Below are positions 61,189-64,000 of a stretch of DNA of 64,000 nucleotides, piece by piece. Numbering within the stretch: the first letter of the stretch is position 1; each line of letters opens with the position of its first letter. Made by a program: the position numbers and the translations under genes. The DNA lies in the NCBI RefSeq assembly GCF_033153115.1, contig NW_026889796.1:8928001-8992000 (forward strand), read 5' to 3'. The notes below the pieces were generated by a model. The model ran no database searches, was not told the origin of the DNA, and saw only the letters and a list, made by a program, of their open reading frames with translations. The stretch comes from Saccostrea echinata (Eukaryota).

Positions 61189-61597
61189 GGTGTAAACTAG
61201 ACTTCAGAACAGCTCTGTAATTACAAGTTATGCATTAACATTGCATTTGAATTTACACCTCTGAAGTTAGAAAGGTTAAATAAAAATTATGATACATAAT
61301 TTTCAAATTACAGTCTACAACTTAGATTTTATATGGTTACAATATTGGATATTGGGTTTTGAGCCCTTTGGATTTCCATAATGCAGGAGTCAAAAACGAA
61401 TAAAACGTTAGATCAAATTCGATCATTTGGATTAGCAACAAGGAGGATTCGTTTCTATGAATATCAGAATAATTTACTCACATTCAAATTGTACCACTTT
61501 TTCACAAATTATGGATAGCTTTATTTGTCACAATCGTGATCATAATTATTAAATGATTTTTGTCCTATAAATCAATCATAATTATAAATCTTTTAGG

Positions 61598-61776
61598 CAT
61601 AGGCGTCGGAAGCAAATTGAAAGTGGGGTGGCTAATTGAAAGGGGGGGGGGGGGCTAAACCAACCAAAAAAAGGTAAGCCCCAATTTTCAATGCCTATAT
61701 TATGTCTATCTTTGCAAAAAAGTGGGGGGGGGGGGCTAAGCCCCCCTAGCCTCCCCCCCCGGTTCCGACGCCTATG
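61598..61776. mobile_element. Short MITE with 14-bp TIR CATAGGCGTCGGAA
   Basis: CATAGGCGTCGGAAGC...GGTTCCGACGCCTATG with G/C-run interior; flanks TTAGG and TTAGA. Confidence 0.88.
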
Positions 61777-62012
61777 TTAGATATACTAACATTTACCTTA
61801 ATAGCGTATGTACTTCTTTGCACGTCGAACTGCAGAATGAGTTTCGAGTTATAAATGTGTTCGTTCTATATTGTAACCTGTAGCTAGGCCCTAATTTCAT
61901 GCTCACCCCTATGGATTACATAATATGGGAGCCGGGAAGGGTAAATCTACAAGAAACGGTTATTTTGAACTTTTATTTCATTTTATTTTATTTCATTTGA
62001 ATACATAGAACT

Positions 62013-62299
62013 TTACAGTGGCATATATTTATCCCCACATGCAAGATAAATTTTTCTATAAATTATCTCGACATGCAAGAGTTATGTTGACATGCAATAT
62101 AAATATGTCAACATGCAGCATAACTCCCTTGACATGCAGGAAAATGTAATCGGATAAAACTTAGAAAATTTTTTATAAAAAACGTCAAATATCGCCATAT
62201 ATGTAATCTAAATTGCCAAATTAATGTTGACCTGCGAGACTGTATATACATGTAGTTTGTTATGGAAGGAAAAGTATGGGGCATATTTCTGCCCCCTAC
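62013..62299. mobile_element. Small element with tandem GACATGCA(A/G) motifs
   Basis: Five ACATGCA repeats in 62036-62140; weak inverted ends TACAGTGGCATATAT / ATATTTCTGCCCCCTA. Confidence 0.4.
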
Positions 62300-64000
62300 A
62301 TGAAATCCATGAATTTAATTTATTTTCAAACCACTGTCCAATCAGCTGTTCTTTGTTTGCCAATGATTTTTCTGAACAAGAAATTAACAATGTATGTAAA
62401 ATAGACCCTTTACCAGGAAAATTTATTTGGACTAAAGAATCTGTTGAAGTGTATTCTAAAAATATCAAGAGTCCAACATTCAGAGCAAGATTTTCTGAAT
62501 TTATTAATACTGATTATGAAAATAGTGACACAATTGTGATCTCATTTAACACTATATTGCAAGATTGTGCAAAACTTTCAACAAAATATGTGGCAAAAAT
62601 ACCAAAATCCAAATCCCGTAGATGCGACAAAAAAACATGGTTTACTGAGTCATGTACTGATCTTCGAAACACAGTAAAACAATATGAAAAGTTAGTAAAT
62701 CAATATCCTTTTAATGGTCAGTATAGAAAACTCTTTTACACATACAGATCTAAATACAGAAGGCTATGCAAACATGAAGAAAAATCATACAAACAAAAAA
62801 ATTGTCATGAGATTAACAACAATCTCGATACCAATCCCAAAACATTTTGGAAAATGTTGCACAAACTAGATAAAATGCAGAATATGCATAACAACTCTCC
62901 TGTTCTTCCCTGTGATATATTTTATCAGTATTTCAAAACACTGAATACTGCTAATAGCAATCAGAATGATTTCCACAAATTCATTGCAGAACAGTTTAAT
63001 GTTTTAAAACAAAAACTAGAGAATGATGTTAGTCCCCCTATTACAACTCAAGAAATAATGAATGCCATAAAAAATCTAAAACAAGGTAAAGGTACATACA
63101 TGGATCTTATTTCAAATGAAATGTTAAAAAATGGAGGTAGTGTATTACTGAAGCCACTACAAAAACTGTTCAACTTTATTTTAAACTCAGGGCAATTTCT
63201 TACTTTATGGAATGAAAGTATTCTGGTACTCTTACATAAATCTGGTAACAAACTTGATCCTTGTAATTACAGAGGTATATCCATTACATCAAACCTAGAA
63301 AAACTTTTTAATAGGATTATTCATTTCAGCATTTGACACTATATGGAGGGTTGGACTTTATTATAAACTTTAGAAATCCAATATACACACCAATATGTTC
63401 AATATTATATTATGTTCAATATTATATTTTCTTTGTATGAGAATACAAAAACCAAGATAAAGTTTGCTAATGGTTTCAGTTATCATTCACATCTGAATGT
63501 GGTGTTAAGAAAGGTGATATCTTAAGCCCATCTCTCTTCAACATTTTTATTAATGGTATTGTTGATGAACTTAAAACAGGCAATTGTGATCCTGTTCAAA
63601 TTGGTGAAATCTCTGTAAATTGTCTATTATATGCTGATGATATTGTTTTATTATCTGAAAGTAAAACTGGGTTACAGAATTGTTTGAACATTCTTGAAAC
63701 ATATTGTTCTAATTGGAAACTACTGGTCAATGTTGAGAAGTCTAAAGCCCTTATTTTTAACTCAAATGGTCAATTTTGCATCAGTGAGTTTACATATAAT
63801 GGAAGTGTTCTTCAAACAGTATCAAAATTTTGTTATCTTGGATTAACCTTGAAATGTAATGGAAATCTGAACTTAGCTATGTCAGTACTTATGGAAAAGG
63901 CCAGAAAAGCCTATTTTAAGGTTAAGAAAACAATTGGTTTGGATATTCCATGTAAACTTTTGGAAAAATTTTTGACTCAATTATAACACCAGTTCTTCTT
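62300..64000 (+). mobile_element. Disrupted non-LTR retrotransposon ORF2 (RTE-X-like; endonuclease end, linker, RT), runs off the window
   Basis: FSNHCPI (endonuclease SDH remnant), NPKTFWK, LKQGKGTYMDLISNEMLK, DPCNYRGISITSNLEKLF, then after an internal deletion GVKKGDILSPSLFNIFIN, LLYADDIVL, LLVNVEKSK, FCYLG. Confidence 0.9.

Overview
AT-rich, intron-rich animal DNA, most likely an oyster (Crassostrea/Magallana type), judged from non-autonomous Helentron/HINE-type elements carrying a ~166-bp Cg170-like satellite. The ORF track is mostly exon fragments or noise, so all genes were rebuilt by hand from GT-AG boundaries and codon phase. Left to right: (1) two tandem minus-strand paralogs of a secreted, amphipathic-helical protein plus a dead duplicate exon; the complete copy (306 aa) has only two arginines, both in Lys-Arg sites; (2) three copies of an orphan multi-exon gene: two tandem minus copies with an internally duplicated 3-exon cassette (copy 2 has a nonsense codon) and one inverted plus copy; (3) eno4, 13 core exons plus three candidate in-frame microexons; (4) two tandem dhdh paralogs, one with substituted catalytic residues. 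Both dhdh genes carry a 36-bp minisatellite made of their own exon-2 end plus 5' splice site, forming an in-frame ladder of splice donors. Interspersed are Naiad-like Penelope fragments, RTE-X-like LINE fragments, a V-SINE, a tailless tRNA-like insert, MITEs with apparent 5-bp TSDs, hairpin elements, a telomere-like insertion, microsatellites and one assembly gap. No rRNA, CRISPR or prokaryotic features.
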